DNA of 63,325 nt, counting the filler, from Octopus bimaculoides (taxonomy: Eukaryota): NCBI RefSeq assembly GCF_001194135.2. It is 7 parts of 7 records of this genome, joined end to end, with 100 filler letters (N's around TTAATTAATTAA, not from the genome) between each part and the next. Parts side by side here need not be neighbours in the genome. Positions count along the whole stretch, not along the records: positions 1 to 19,544 come from NC_068990.1; positions 19,645 to 34,878 come from NC_068982.1; 5 more parts are not named here. The stretch is one strand, 5' to 3'. The position numbers and the translations under genes were made by a program. Positions within the stretch are counted from its first letter, which is position 1; every line of letters starts with the position of its first letter. The notes below the pieces were generated by a model. That model ran no database searches and was not told where the DNA came from. It saw only the letters and a list, made by a program, of their open reading frames with translations. This document shows positions 12,639 through 24,173 of this stretch, in pieces.

Positions 12639-13027
12639 ACCATCATCATCATCGTTTAACGTCTGCTTTCCATGCTAGCATGGGTTGGATGATTTGACTG
12701 AGGACTGGTGAACCAGATGGCTACACCAGGCCCCAATCTGATTTGGCAGAGTTTCTACGGCTGGATGCCCTTCCTAACGCCAACCACTCTGAGAGTGTAG
12801 TGGGTGCTTTTATGTGCCACCGGCACGAGGGCCAATCAGGCAGTACTGGCAACGGCCATGCTCAAAATGGTGTATTTTACATGCCACCTGCACAGGAGCC
12901 AGTCCAGTGACACTGGCAACGATCTCGCTCGAATGTCTTTACACATGCCACCAGCACAAGTGCTAGGAAGGCGATGCTGGGCACAGGTGCCATCACGATT
13001 TCACTTTCGCTTACCCCAACAGGTCTA
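12639..13027 (-). mobile_element. SINE family A, near full length
   Basis: (CAT)n GTTTAACGTC...GGATGCCCTTCCTAACGCCAACCACTC... with internal ATGCCACC modules. Confidence 0.8.
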
Positions 13028-13270
13028 ACGAAGGATGAGCAAGTTTCCTTAGTGTTTATGCATAAAAAAGTAGGTGCTTCTCACAGATCTGTTGCAGAGG
13101 AATTCAACTGGTTGAATCCACACCGATTTCCAGTTGATAAGTCAACTGTTGGACATTTAATTAATCATTTTAAAGCTACTGGCTGACCACCCTCAGAGTG
13201 GCAGACCAATAAGAACAACCAATCTAACATCAATGGTAGCTGTTTTAGAAACTTTTACAACCAGCTCCAA
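13027..13270 (+). pseudogene. Tc1/mariner transposase N-terminal HTH fragment
   Basis: LTKDEQVSLVFMH...SHRSVAEEFN...KSTVGHLINHFKATG*...SGRP. A TIR-like TACAGGGTGAGGCAAAAGTCAC at ~12615 is separated from it by the SINE A insertion. Confidence 0.55.
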
Positions 13271-13351
13271 ATGTGTTATGAAAGGAAGGATGGGATTTTG
13301 AACAGCACATACAATTAAATAACTAGAAAATAAAATTTTCATTTGTATTAT

Positions 13352-13753
13352 ACTCTCTCTTTTACTCTTTTACTTGTTTCAGTCATTTGACTGCGGGCAT
13401 GCTGGAGTACCGCCTTAAGTCGAGCAAATCGACAACAGGACTTATTCTTTGTAAGCCCAGTACTTATTCTATCAGTCTCTTTTGCTGAACCGCTAAGTGA
13501 TGGGGACATAAAGACACCAGCATCAGTTGTCAAGCAATGCTAGGGGGACAAACACAGACATAAAAACGCACACACACACATATATATTTACGACGGGCTT
13601 CTTTTAGTTTCCATCTACCAAATCTACTCACAAGGCTTTGGTTGGCCCGAGGCTATAGTAGAAGACACTTGCCCAAAATGCTACGCAGTGAGACTGAACC
13701 CGGAACCATGTGGTTGGTAAGCAAGCTACTTACCACACAGCCACTCCTGCACC
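13352..13753 (-). mobile_element. SINE family B, full length
   Basis: High similarity to 5861-6320 and 49550-49970. Confidence 0.85.
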
Positions 13754-14020
13754 TATATATATATTTAATATATTTTTATAATATTTTAAATCTTTTTCTT
13801 TTTTCTTTTTCCACCTATTAGAGTTACTTCCCTTATATTTAACTTATTTTCATTGCATTTGTTGCCATTAATAGTCGACGAGAATGTATTGTATCTCTTT
13901 GCTCCAGCATTCGAAACTCCGAGTACTATAATGACAACCCTTTACTGTTTGTTCTAAATTATAATATATATATATATATATATATAAACACGCACACACA
14001 TACACACACACATATATATA

Positions 14021-14140
14021 TGATGGGCTTCTTCCAGTTTTTGTCTACCAAATCCACTGACAAAGCTCTGGGTTCAGAGGGACTGAACCCAGAACCATGT
14101 GGTTGGAAAACAAACCTCTTACCACAGAGCGACTCCTGCA
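14021..14140 (-). mobile_element. SINE family B, 5' half with internal deletion
   Basis: GATGGGCTTCTTCCAG...GGGACTGAACCCAGAACCATGTGG...ACCACAGAGCGACTCCTGC. Confidence 0.65.
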
Positions 14141-14279
14141 CCATGATAAGAAATATTCTAAAAGACTGGAGGTGATGAAAGAGGGACAGAAGCAGCAAGT
14201 GATATCACAAAATGAGGGAAAGAAAGAGATGCTGAGGCAGAATAACTGGAATCCACTGTTGTTAATAGTCAGGAGAATG

Positions 14280-14663
14280 GTAGTTGGCACTCCATCGCTT
14301 ACGACGCGAGGGGTCCAGTTGATCCGATCAATGGAACAGCCTGCTCGTGAAATTAACGTACAAGTGGCTGAGCACTCCACAGACACGTGTACCCTTAACG
14401 TAGTTCTTGGGGATATTCAGCATGACACAGTGTGACAAGGCTGACCCTTTGAATTACAGGCACAACAGAAACAGGAAGTAAGAGTGAGAGAAAGTTATGG
14501 TGGAATAGTACAGCAGGGTTCGCCACCATCCCCTGCCGGAGCCTTGTGGAGCTTTAGGTGTTTTCGCTCAATAAACACTCATAACGCCCGGTCTGGGAAT
14601 CGAAACTGCGATCCTATAACCGCGAGTCCGCTGCCCTAACTACTGGGCCGTTGCGCCTCCACA
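14280..14663 (-). mobile_element. SINE family C (tRNA-derived), full length with 11-bp TSD
   Basis: Minus-strand head GTGGAGGCGCAACGGCCCAGTAGTTAGG...GTTTCGATTCCC. TCAGGAGAATG occurs at 14269-14279 and 14664-14674. A partial second copy lies at 40660. Confidence 0.8.
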
Positions 14664-16099
14664 TCAGGAGAATGATGTGAAAGGTAAAAAGTATGAAGCT
14701 GGAATGAAGCATCTCAGGGAGGACAGATTCCTGTTTATTCTCTCTGAAATGTTCTAGTTATTGTACCCGCTTGCAGCCTTCTGCATTTAATATATTCATG
14801 CAATGCAGGACCTCATAGTTTAGTTCCTTAATTCTTCAAACTAGCAGTCTGATATTACAGATCTTATATCATAAGCCAGCACACTGATTCCAGTAACCTA
14901 CAAGTGGTATAATAAATATCTAATTTCCAGTTATACTCCAGATCTATTAAATTATCTATTCTTCTTAGTTTGTTCTCGTTGTTCTTGAGAGAAAGACGAA
15001 GAAAGTGAGAGAAAGACGAAGAAAGTGAGAGAAAGATGGAAGGTGGGTTGCTACAGTGATTGAGAAATAGAAATTTCGGAGAGATTTGGAGGGAGGGAAA
15101 AAGAGGGAGAGATCGAGAGAGAGAGAAGTAGGAGAGCAAGTGAGAGGAAAAGTCTATTTATGATCAGCATTGAGTTGACTGATGAATAGAAGGCTGCCAG
15201 GGAATCCTATTCTTCATCTTGTAGTAATTGTACTAAAATTTATTTTGTCAATGGTTCATCACACCAGTTGGTGAATAGTTGAGACATTAATGAGTTGTTC
15301 ATTGATGGTGTGAGACACTGATCAACTTTTCTGTTAATTATATTCTCTTACTTGAGTCAAATCACATAGATAATTGCGTTTATGTCATGTTTGACATAAA
15401 ACTAGGGTTAAAATTAGGTTATTGCACAGTGAAAGGTCTCAAGACTTTCAGTGTTTCACTTAGATAAAATTGAGTAAAAGCATATATTGGCTGACTGTAA
15501 ACTTTACTGTTCGACAAATGAAATAAATCATTATGTTTAAAAATATGTAAAACATATCAGTTAATATTTACACAGCTCCAAAATCTATGTTCATAAAATT
15601 TTGTATTTTTATTTTTAGTGCTGCATAATTGATGCTTGAAAATATCTACTTTGAAATATGTTATGTTTTTAAAAATTTGGTATCATTTACTGAAATGAAA
15701 ATTGCATAAAGAAAAAGGTTTTAATGTTATGATGTAAAATTATATAAAAGAATTTTTGACAAATCTAGTGTTAAACATAAAAATACAAAAGATTCAGTTA
15801 ATATTCCAGGAAATTTAAAATATTAATACAATATTTTGTCTCAGAAATGTTGACATATAGTTACTATAACACTAGTAAGCAAGGATTGCTATTTGATTTC
15901 AATCATATCGTTTGCATTTATTTTACTATCAAAGACAACCTTTCTGTGATGTAGCTATAGATGTCTATAGCTAAGGTAAGAACTAATAAATTTATTATGA
16001 GTATTCTTGCAGATTAATCTAAAGGTTGTTGTAATATCTAATAAGAATACTGTGTCCTCTGTGTCTAAAAATTCTTTGGTCTGAAGAAATGGACAGTGT

Positions 16100-16580
16100 C
16101 CATGGCCTTCACTAGCTGTCTAAGGTCTGTGAGACTGGTGTCATAAAACTTCCTCTTGAATTTCCAGAGAACCTGTAAGAACCTGTAAGAAAGACATGAG
16201 CCAAGAGGAAGTTTCAGAAGGACGACAGTTTTGGAAGATAGGACCAGGCATTAGGGACAGAGCAGGCTATTGGTGTGGGGTGGACACAAAGGTGATGAGA
16301 GGAAATAGAAGTGGGTGTCACAAATGGCTGAATACAGATGGCATGAGCCCAGCTAGCTTTGAGGAGCAGATATCATTATAGTATTAGTCAAAAAGGAAGA
16401 GAGAGGACTTTGCTAGTGGCCCAGAGGTAGGAGCATGTCTGTGAGTACCTTTATGTTAATTAGTAGGGTAGTCCTTTTCTGGATGTGGCCTAGGGAGTCT
16501 ATGCACACAGCAGTAATAGACCTAAGAACAATACTCGGTTGTGGGTAACTGAGAATCAGTAACAGTCAATGCCATGAAAC
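16100..16580 (-). pseudogene. CR1/Jockey-group LINE 3' fragment
   Basis: Frameshifted translation DSLG.IQKRTTLLINIKVLTDMLLPLGH...ICSSKLAGLMPS resembles the post-RT region also seen at 54655. Confidence 0.55.
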
Positions 16581-17004
16581 CCAGAAGTTAATTATTTCAT
16601 AATGAAATACAGGAATCTAACATCTTGCCAGTTTGAATGTGTTATACAAGAATCCTTTATTATTAATTTAACAGAATAATTTTCAGAAGATGAAAAATCA
16701 CTTTTTAATTTGCTTTTAATAATTTCTAAACATTGTAATTGTGTCAGCCAAACCTTGTAAAGTGTCTCAACATACAACTAAAGCAATCTTCTGTATGTGT
16801 ACACACACACATGCACGCATGCATGCACACACACACACACACACAGATGTGTGTGTATGTATTATATATACATACATACATGTATGTATGTATTTACGCG
16901 TGTGTGTGTGTGTGTATGCTTGTATGTATATATGTGTGTGCCTGTGTGTATGTATGTATGCAGATGTTTCCCTAGATCTAAACTCACATTTGTATAAACT
17001 TATC

Positions 17005-18130
17005 ATAAGCCTGACAAGAAACTCTCCTACAAACAGTCCTGCCACCCCTTATAGTATCTGAAAACCTGATAGCTAACATGAATAATAAGATATCCAACCA
17101 CTTTTCTTCTAAAGAAATGTTTGATGAGGCAGCCCCCTACTATAAAAATACCCTAACTAAGAGTGGTCCAAAGGTAAGATATATCACAACCCTTCTAATA
17201 AAAATATGAATTATAAAAATAATCCAAAAAATAGACCAAGGAAAACGATTTGGTCCTCTCTCTAAATGTTAATACTAATGTAGGTAAGACATTTCTGTTT
17301 CTTTTAGATAAGCATTTCCCAGAAAATCACAAATACAGCAAAATCTTCAACAAATGCCCACTTAAATTATCAAATAGCTGCTGTGCCAGTATGAAGAACA
17401 TCATCACTCGTAAACATCACCAGAAGCTCATTCCCAGTTGTAACTGTCTAGACCTTGGAACTTGCCCACTTGACCAGGCATGCCCACTTGACCATGATAA
17501 ACTCTACCATGTATGAAGCAGAAGTTATAGCAATGCTACATGATAACCTAATCAAAGAGAAGAATTACATCAGATCATGCAAAATGACTTCAAAAGATGC
17601 TATGCTAATCTCCTATCTTCTTTCTGGCACATGGACAAAAGTAAAGCCACAAAGTTGGTTAGCCATGTATAGGGTTTGAAGACCAACTCCACACCACATA
17701 TAATAAAGTGGGAAACCGTTGAAAAATCCTTGTCATATGTTAATGGATTTAAGAGATGCAACTTATGTATGACTGAAAGATCTAAGTATTCCACCACACT
17801 ACTGAATTCAGCAAATGCAAACATGGACAAATTTCTTTGGCAAATAGGAGGACACCACCCTCTCCAAATTGAATAGTTGTATTGCAGAATTTGATTCATT
17901 CTAGAACAACTAACTTTATTATGGCTTTTCAGTCAAAACGACATAGTTCTAATTCTTTTTTCTTTTCTTCCTTTTTTCACCCTTCCACTCTTTTCATCCA
18001 CCTTCTCATTTTTTTCTCATGATTCCTCTTGTTCAATTGTCCTGATTTGTAACTTGTATAAATCATGTATTCAGAGCCCAGAGATTATTTGGAGACATGA
18101 GACATGCTATAAAATCTTGCCTAGACTATA
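17005..18130 (+). pseudogene. Penelope-like element: thumb, linker and GIY-YIG region, decayed
   Basis: NVNTNVGKTFLFLLDKHFP..HKYSKIFN...CNC...CPL...C; YEAEV; IKWETVEKSLSY.NG.KRCNLC; multiple stops and frameshifts. Confidence 0.7.
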
Positions 18131-18396
18131 TCTCATAATTTTATAGTGTACATTAAATGGTATTTCTCTCTCACTGGATAGAGTACTTTTTTTGTTGATA
18201 TATATATGCATATATCAGAGGTGATTCAGGAACTTGGGCTCTTTGTGCTTAGCCCAAGTATAAATTTATTTAGTAAATTGAATGTGTATTTACAAGCTGA
18301 TTTAAATTCTGAGCAACACTAACTTCAAGTATGTAATTGCAGCCAATAACTCAGGCTCCTTTTACTGAGCTTGGTCACAGTTTATCTTTTAGATTT

Positions 18397-18741
18397 AGCA
18401 TCTGGCAGTCATCTTAGAGGTGCCCTGTGTCAAAAAATATCATTCATAGCTGACGTCCTCTTGACATCATTCACACGCTTGACTCGGGCTCAAAAGTTAC
18501 AGCCCGAGTTGTTATCTATAGTCGTTAAAATTAAAAGTAATTTAAATTCAATTTTTTATTGAAATAATAAATTTCTTTAAAAATTAGGGTTTAAATTCCA
18601 ATATATGAAAAGTTTCCATTCAACAATATTCTTAAAGGAATGAAAAATTATCTAGCAACTCGGGCTAATGCAATCGAGCCTGGTAGGTGTAAAAGACTAA
18701 CTGGCATCTCTTCTCAAGAGTACAGGCGACAATCAGATGCC
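18397..18741. mobile_element. Old MITE-like element with degenerate inverted arms
   Basis: GCATCTG.../...CAGATGC and CAGCCCGAGTTGTTA / TAGCAACTCGGGCTA form inverted pairs. Confidence 0.35.
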
Positions 18742-19312
18742 TGATCTTTGTTGTGCATTCCGCTGTCGTTATTTGATTGCTGTTATTCTGTGCGTCTGTG
18801 TGTAAAGATCAGTTGTGTTTTGCAGGGTTGTTTTATTTTTGCCCTTAACTTAGAAATGGAGAAAGACACAGTGCTAGATATAAAAAAAAATAAGCCATTT
18901 GGGGTTAGTAATATTGCAGAAAAACGTGAAATTCTTCAAGCAAGCATGTCTCTTATGTGAAATCTGTGATGGGCCTGAGTGACACTGATGACCTGGAGTC
19001 ACCTCTGTTATATATATATACATATATTTTATCATTGATCTTCTATATAAATGAAAATATACCCTCTAATTTGCTGCTTTTCCTTACAAGAAATGAGAAC
19101 ATACATTGAGGAATTGCTATTTTAATGAGCTATATTTATTTATCAACCAAACAGACACATCTGCACTGTCAGATGCTCCTGAACTAATTGTTAAGTATCC
19201 CACCCATGAGGGAGCAATACTTGATGTGTCGAAGATTGTAGTGATGAAGAAAAATTCTTGTATCTTCCATCTTTCATTTAGCATATATATATGTATGTGT
19301 GTGTGAGTAAAT

Positions 19313-19544
19313 CATCAGCATCATCATCATCATCATCATCATTTAACGTCCGCTTTCCATGCTAGCATGGGTTGGACGATTTGACTGAGGACTGGTGAAA
19401 CAGGATGGCAACACCAGGCTCCAATCTAATTTGGCAGAGTTTCTACAGCTGGATGCCCTTCCTAACGCCAACCACTCAGAGAGTGTAGTGGGTGTTTTTA
19501 CGTGTCACCCGCACGAAAATGGCCACGCTCGAAATGGTGTCTTT
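19313..19544 (-). mobile_element. SINE family A, truncated by a gap
   Basis: Nearly identical to 12639-12830. Confidence 0.8.
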
Positions 19545-19644
19545 NNNNNNNNNNNNNNNNNNNNNNNNNNNNNNNNNNNNNNNNNNNNTTAATTAATTAA
19601 NNNNNNNNNNNNNNNNNNNNNNNNNNNNNNNNNNNNNNNNNNNN
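19545..19644. other. Artificial assembly spacer (44 N + TTAATTAATTAA + 44 N)
   Basis: The same 100-bp construct has TTAATTAATTAA at 19589, 34923, 43976, 52731, 58695 and 61239; it places stops in all six frames. Confidence 0.9.
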
Positions 19645-19683
19645 TATATATATATATCTATATATATATGTATATATATATAT

Positions 19684-19743
<60 letters not shown>

Positions 19744-19969
19744 ATTGAATATTAATTCAATTTAAAACCAAGTGGCCTAGCATATAAAAAATCTGAAAAT
19801 TCAGAAAAAATTGTATTACACGTGTATAAGGGATGACTACTAGGTGGACATCCAATATGTTAGAAAGAGGTCATCAACGACCCAACCACAAAGAAAAATA
19901 ATGTTCTCCAGAAAAATTTCGCAAAACGCCAGAACAGGACAAAATGAGAAATATACAGTATAAAGAATT

Positions 19970-20041
19970 ATCTATGGACTACAGTTTCGAACATTAACGT
20001 TATACTTACGTAATAACATCCGTGTTCTCATCAGCATAGAC
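19970..20041 (-). ncRNA. Type I hammerhead ribozyme, apparently intact
   Basis: TCTATG-CTGATGA-GAACA-[cggatgttattacgtaagtataacgttaa]-TGTTC-GAAA-ctgtag-TC-CATAGA. It has a 6-bp stem I, the full core, a 5-bp stem II with G10.1-C11.1, and a GUC triplet. Predicted cleavage falls between 19977 and 19976. Confidence 0.8.
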
Positions 20042-20453
20042 GTTCTAGAATCAATATAATTTTCAGAACTATACACGAATTGTCTTCATGAAACAAGACT
20101 TGCATATAGTTCTCCCGATTACATTGGGGCTATTTTTCAAAATGACTCAGCTCCAGCGCGCAAAATATCCAACATCTAACAAAAATAACAATCCTCATCA
20201 CAGAGTGTCAAAGGTCACTAGCAATGTGCATTTAGCTTATTGCAACTACACTGTAGGGAAAGAGCCTGTTTAATTATTTTGACTTTTTCCCCTTGTATAA
20301 TAAATTGTAATTTTTATGGATGTAAGTAAATAAATGTATAATTAAAACAATAAATAATAAATAAATGAGACTTAATTTTGAATATCTTTCTTATTCCTAT
20401 CATATTTATCAAATACAAATGCACAGTCACATACACATATATCTGAAGTTTAT

Positions 20454-20714
20454 CTAATAAATGGATGGCAAGGGGTGATCTGTCGATGGTCCATTAGAAT
20501 TGATGAAATGCTGGGAGTAAATCTGGCTATTTGCAGTGTAAACAAAGTCTTTCCTCACAAGTCTTGATCTCTGAAGCCAAATACGGCGAATAGCGACGTT
20601 TGCAGGGTATCTATGAAGTGAAATAACTTTGCCGTCTACATTCTTCCCTCTATAATTGCTGCATATACAACAGTATATACAACAGTATTTGCGCGATTTC
20701 TTCGGAGACATCAT
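20454..20714 (-). CDS. Stand-alone THAP (C2CH zinc finger) domain ORF, 86 aa, probably degenerate
   Basis: YCCI.CSN...SLHRYP...RRIW...R.DF...NSQIYSQHF...PLPSIY matches the THAP signature (P, W, HF, AVPTIF-like). It carries a 12-nt duplication (YCCI x2), and Tyr replaces the expected third Cys. Confidence 0.7.
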   Translation of the reverse strand: MMSPKKSRKYCCIYCCICSNYRGKNVDGKVISLHRYPANVAIRRIWLQRSRLVRKDFVYTANSQIYSQHFINSNGPSTDHPLPSIY

Positions 20715-21220
20715 GTTAACCGGTCATACAGCCTGTGAGTCGGTAGTTCGCGGAAGTAGAAGCAAGTTACATACGGGAGAGTTCCAATCAGGGGTGAATA
20801 ACTACCTTATCGGAATGACCGGAACTTCATCTATTCAACAGACACAAATATTTACTGCTTGATCTGCCCCAACCCTAAACTTAAGGAACAGTGCTGGCAT
20901 CTTATCTATTATTCTCATAATTTCTTTTCTTATTCACCTTGATCTTTTTTATTTTTTATCCTCCATTATCTTCCTCCTCTCTTCTTTTATCTGTACCCTT
21001 ATCTTTACAATTTATTCTTATTTTTATTCTTATTTCTACTTTTTATGTTTTTATCTTTTACTTTTATTTTATTATATTTTTACCTTTTACTCTATATTTT
21101 CATATTTCTTTCTTCATTTTTATTCTTCTAACAAATCCTGACCAATCCTTGCTAATACTCTGTCACTTACCTTTCTCTTCTCTCTATCCCCACAGACTAC
21201 CTCATTTCTCTCTCTTTCTC

Positions 21221-21244
21221 TTGAACCATTGGTGACGTACTGTT

Positions 21245-21278
<34 letters not shown>

Positions 21279-21753
21279 TTGCCACCTAAATGTGGCTAAT
21301 CCTTAAAGGTTGATGCTACTGTAGCTTGTAGCCCCAGGTAGACATCTCCTCCACCGGGCTATTGACACACTATCTGTGCCCTATCAGTATTTGCAAAGTG
21401 AAGTCATTGTTCCCATTAATAAAAGGTAAAAGACTATATTATCAGCATCTCTATCAATTATAGAATCTAAACCTTGTTCCAAATGATTATCAATAACGTT
21501 AATTTCCCTATACATATTATCAGTTCTACAGTTATGGGAACGATAACTTCCCTTTGCAAATACTGATTGGGCACAGATAGTGTGTCAATAGCCTGCTGGG
21601 GGAGATGTATTCCTGGGGCTACAAGCTACAGTAGCATCAACCCTTAAGGGTTAGCCACATTTAGGCGGCAAATATACTTCACCATATATACATATNNNNN
21701 NNNNNATATATACATACATGCATATATGTAACAATACGTCATCAATGGTTCAA
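21221..21753. repeat. ~530-bp fold-back with ~200-bp arms, attached to a PLE fragment
   Basis: The arms TTGAACCATTGGTGACG...CCTAAATGTGGCTAA...TTGACACACTATCTGTGCC...GTTCCCAT recur as the reverse complement. The loop (~21421-21530) duplicates 22242-22338. Confidence 0.8.
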
Positions 21754-21994
21754 ACATGAAATACGTAAACAACGAGAGAAAATGGAGAACAGGACAAGTA
21801 AACAAAGAGAAAGGACCCTTCATCAGTTGTCGGCTGTCTATCTACTCCTCATTTCGAGCATTCAGCAACAATATGAGTCTTCAAAGACAGTTGCTCCCAT
21901 AAATTCTAAAATAAAATTTAGTATTTATGGAGGGTCAAAGTTGGGAACAAAAACATGACAGTGTAGACATACAAGGAAACCAAACGAAAACAAT

Positions 21995-22640
21995 TATAGA
22001 GGGTCGTTAGACCAAAACGAGAGAAAAATAGTGAACGTCCGTTCTTTTGAACCACATTGATATACTATTTTCTTCTTTATACACTGATTTCTTAAAGGGC
22101 ATCGAGTCTTCTTTACACAATTACACATGGATTTGTTCACTTGGGAATTGCCCTCATAGTGAAAAGAATTTCTACTAGCACCTGTTTGTAAAATATGTGT
22201 TAAGGTTGGATTATAATTGTTATTATAATTAATATTAATACAAGGTAAAAGACTAACTGTATTATCAGCATCTCTACCAGTTATAGAATCTAGACCTTGT
22301 TCCAAATGATTATCAATAACGTTAATTTCAGTTCTACAATTATTTATAGATTTAGAATTTAATACTCTGTTTATTTTGTGCTGCAATAATCTCAGCAAAA
22401 TTTCTAGTGGTTGAATACGAAAACTTAACGTTATGTCCCTTTAATAATTTACCATATTTACTTGAAAGTGGGAAGTACCTATCTAGTGCTGCAAAGAATT
22501 TATGAGGAATATTAGAAGCTAATGGATATGAAAATGGTGAATTATACCATATATTTGTTGATCTATTCTTATTTTTATAAACATTTTTGTCAGTATAACT
22601 TTTATTACAATTGAATTGTTTCCTATTATAATTTTTATTC
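21995..22640 (-). pseudogene. Penelope-like element fragment (thumb/linker to start of GIY-YIG)
   Basis: IWYNSPFSYPLASNIPHKFFAALDRYFP...VKFSYSTTRNFAEIIAAQNK...CNCVKKTRCPLRNQC...IVYQC. Confidence 0.7.
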
Positions 22641-22767
22641 ATAAATTTCTACTTATTATTATTATTGTTGTTTTTGTTGTTGTTGTTGTTCTTACTGAAA
22701 ATTTAACCTTGTTCCTTATACTGAGTGCTTACTTGATATCTGCCAGGATTTTTTAATCTCCCATTTT

Positions 22768-22809
<42 letters not shown>

Positions 22810-23233
22810 NNNNNNNNNNNNNNNNNNNNNNNNNNNNNNNNNNNNNNNNNNNNNNNNNNNNNNNNNNNNNNNNNNNNNNNNNNNNNNNNNNNNNNNNNNN
22901 NNNNNNNNNNNNNNNNNNNNNNNNNNNNNNNNNNNNNNNNNNNNNNNNNNNNNNNNNNNNNNNNNNNNNNNNNNNNNNNNNNNNNNNNNNNNNNNNNNNN
23001 NNNNNNNNNNNNNNNNNNNNNNNNNNNNNNNNNNNNNNNNNNNNNNNNNNNNNNNNNNNNNNNNNNNNNNNNNNNNNNNNNNNNNNNNNNNNNNNNNNNN
23101 NNNNGTTGTGGATGTTTTCGTATCGACGTACGATAAACTGAAAAATGTTCCTTTATGTTTCATGGTAGGAGACCAGGGTTGCCGTGTGTGCGAATAAGAA
23201 TGCAAGAGTTTAAGGAATGGACTAAATAATATC

Positions 23234-23430
23234 CAGGCTACATATGTTTCATAGCGAGCGGAACCTCAGAAGTGGTAAATATCCAAGCGAGGTGTATACC
23301 GCAGGCAGCTCTTCAGGCCAAGGATTTTTAATCAAGATATCCTTGGCCTGAAGAGTAGCCTGCGGTATACACCTCGCTTGGATATATACCACTTCTGAGA
23401 TTCCGCTCGTTATGAAACATCTATAGCCTG
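23234..23430. repeat. Hairpin/MITE-like palindrome (~197 bp)
   Basis: Arms are ~90 bp and include a perfect 28-bp match (23279-23306 vs 23358-23385); short loop. Confidence 0.8.
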
Positions 23431-23489
23431 AATCATGTCTACTCCATTTCTTAACTCTTGTATCTATATTTATATACATACCAAAATCA

Positions 23490-23610
23490 ATCGCAAGGCA
23501 CTGATCGGCCCGATGCTATAATAGAAGAGATTTGCCCAAGACATTTGCACAATGGGACTGAAGTCGAAACCACGCGGTTGCAAGGCGGGCTTTTAACCAC
23601 ACAGCCATAT
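23490..23610 (-). mobile_element. SINE family B, 5' half, diverged
   Basis: TTTGCCCAAGAC...GGGACTGAAGTC...ACCACACAGCCAT. Confidence 0.6.
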
Positions 23611-24089
23611 TCCAAAATATAAGATTGTACGAAATGTTCCGGTTACTATCAGTTACGTTTGTTCATAACTGTTAAATGGCTTATTTTAGTTTCGATTTCG
23701 AGATCGACACATGCAGAGAATTCGTAGAGATAATAACTATCATACATTATAAATACATTTCTTTCTTTCTTCCTTTTTCTTTTCTTTTTTTCTTTTGCTT
23801 AAACAACAGCAAAAGATATAGATTTCGATTAATTATATCGGTAAACACAACAATAATCGAATTTCCCGTAGTTTTAAACGAGAATTCCAATATGAAAGTA
23901 TTCGGATCTTAATTTCTAAGAATAATAAGGTCAAAGTTTACAGATATGTGTTTGGAAAAATATACATCGATAAGTCAATTATGCTGCAAAAAATGTGCTA
24001 TGGAAAATATATCGTTTCATGTTTTCGTTTCAATGGAATAATTTTCATTGTAAACTTAAATTCGTGTCAGAAGATAATAAGCTAACCAT

Positions 24090-24173
<84 letters not shown>

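Noticed and set aside
15178-15220. CTGATGA followed by a hairpin
   Set aside because: There is no GAAA or NUH site. The same applies to the CTGANGA hits at ~975, 6614, 8073, 16081 and 23348.
19589-19600. Recurrent TTAATTAATTAA palindrome as a biological motif
   Set aside because: It is always centred in exactly 44+44 Ns, so it is an artificial spacer.
21835-21890. Possible hammerhead in the PLE pLTR (TTGAAGA...TGCTC-GAAA; a nearby CTGATGA at ~21820)
   Set aside because: Stem II and the cleavage site cannot be built consistently; it may be a decayed motif but is unsupported.
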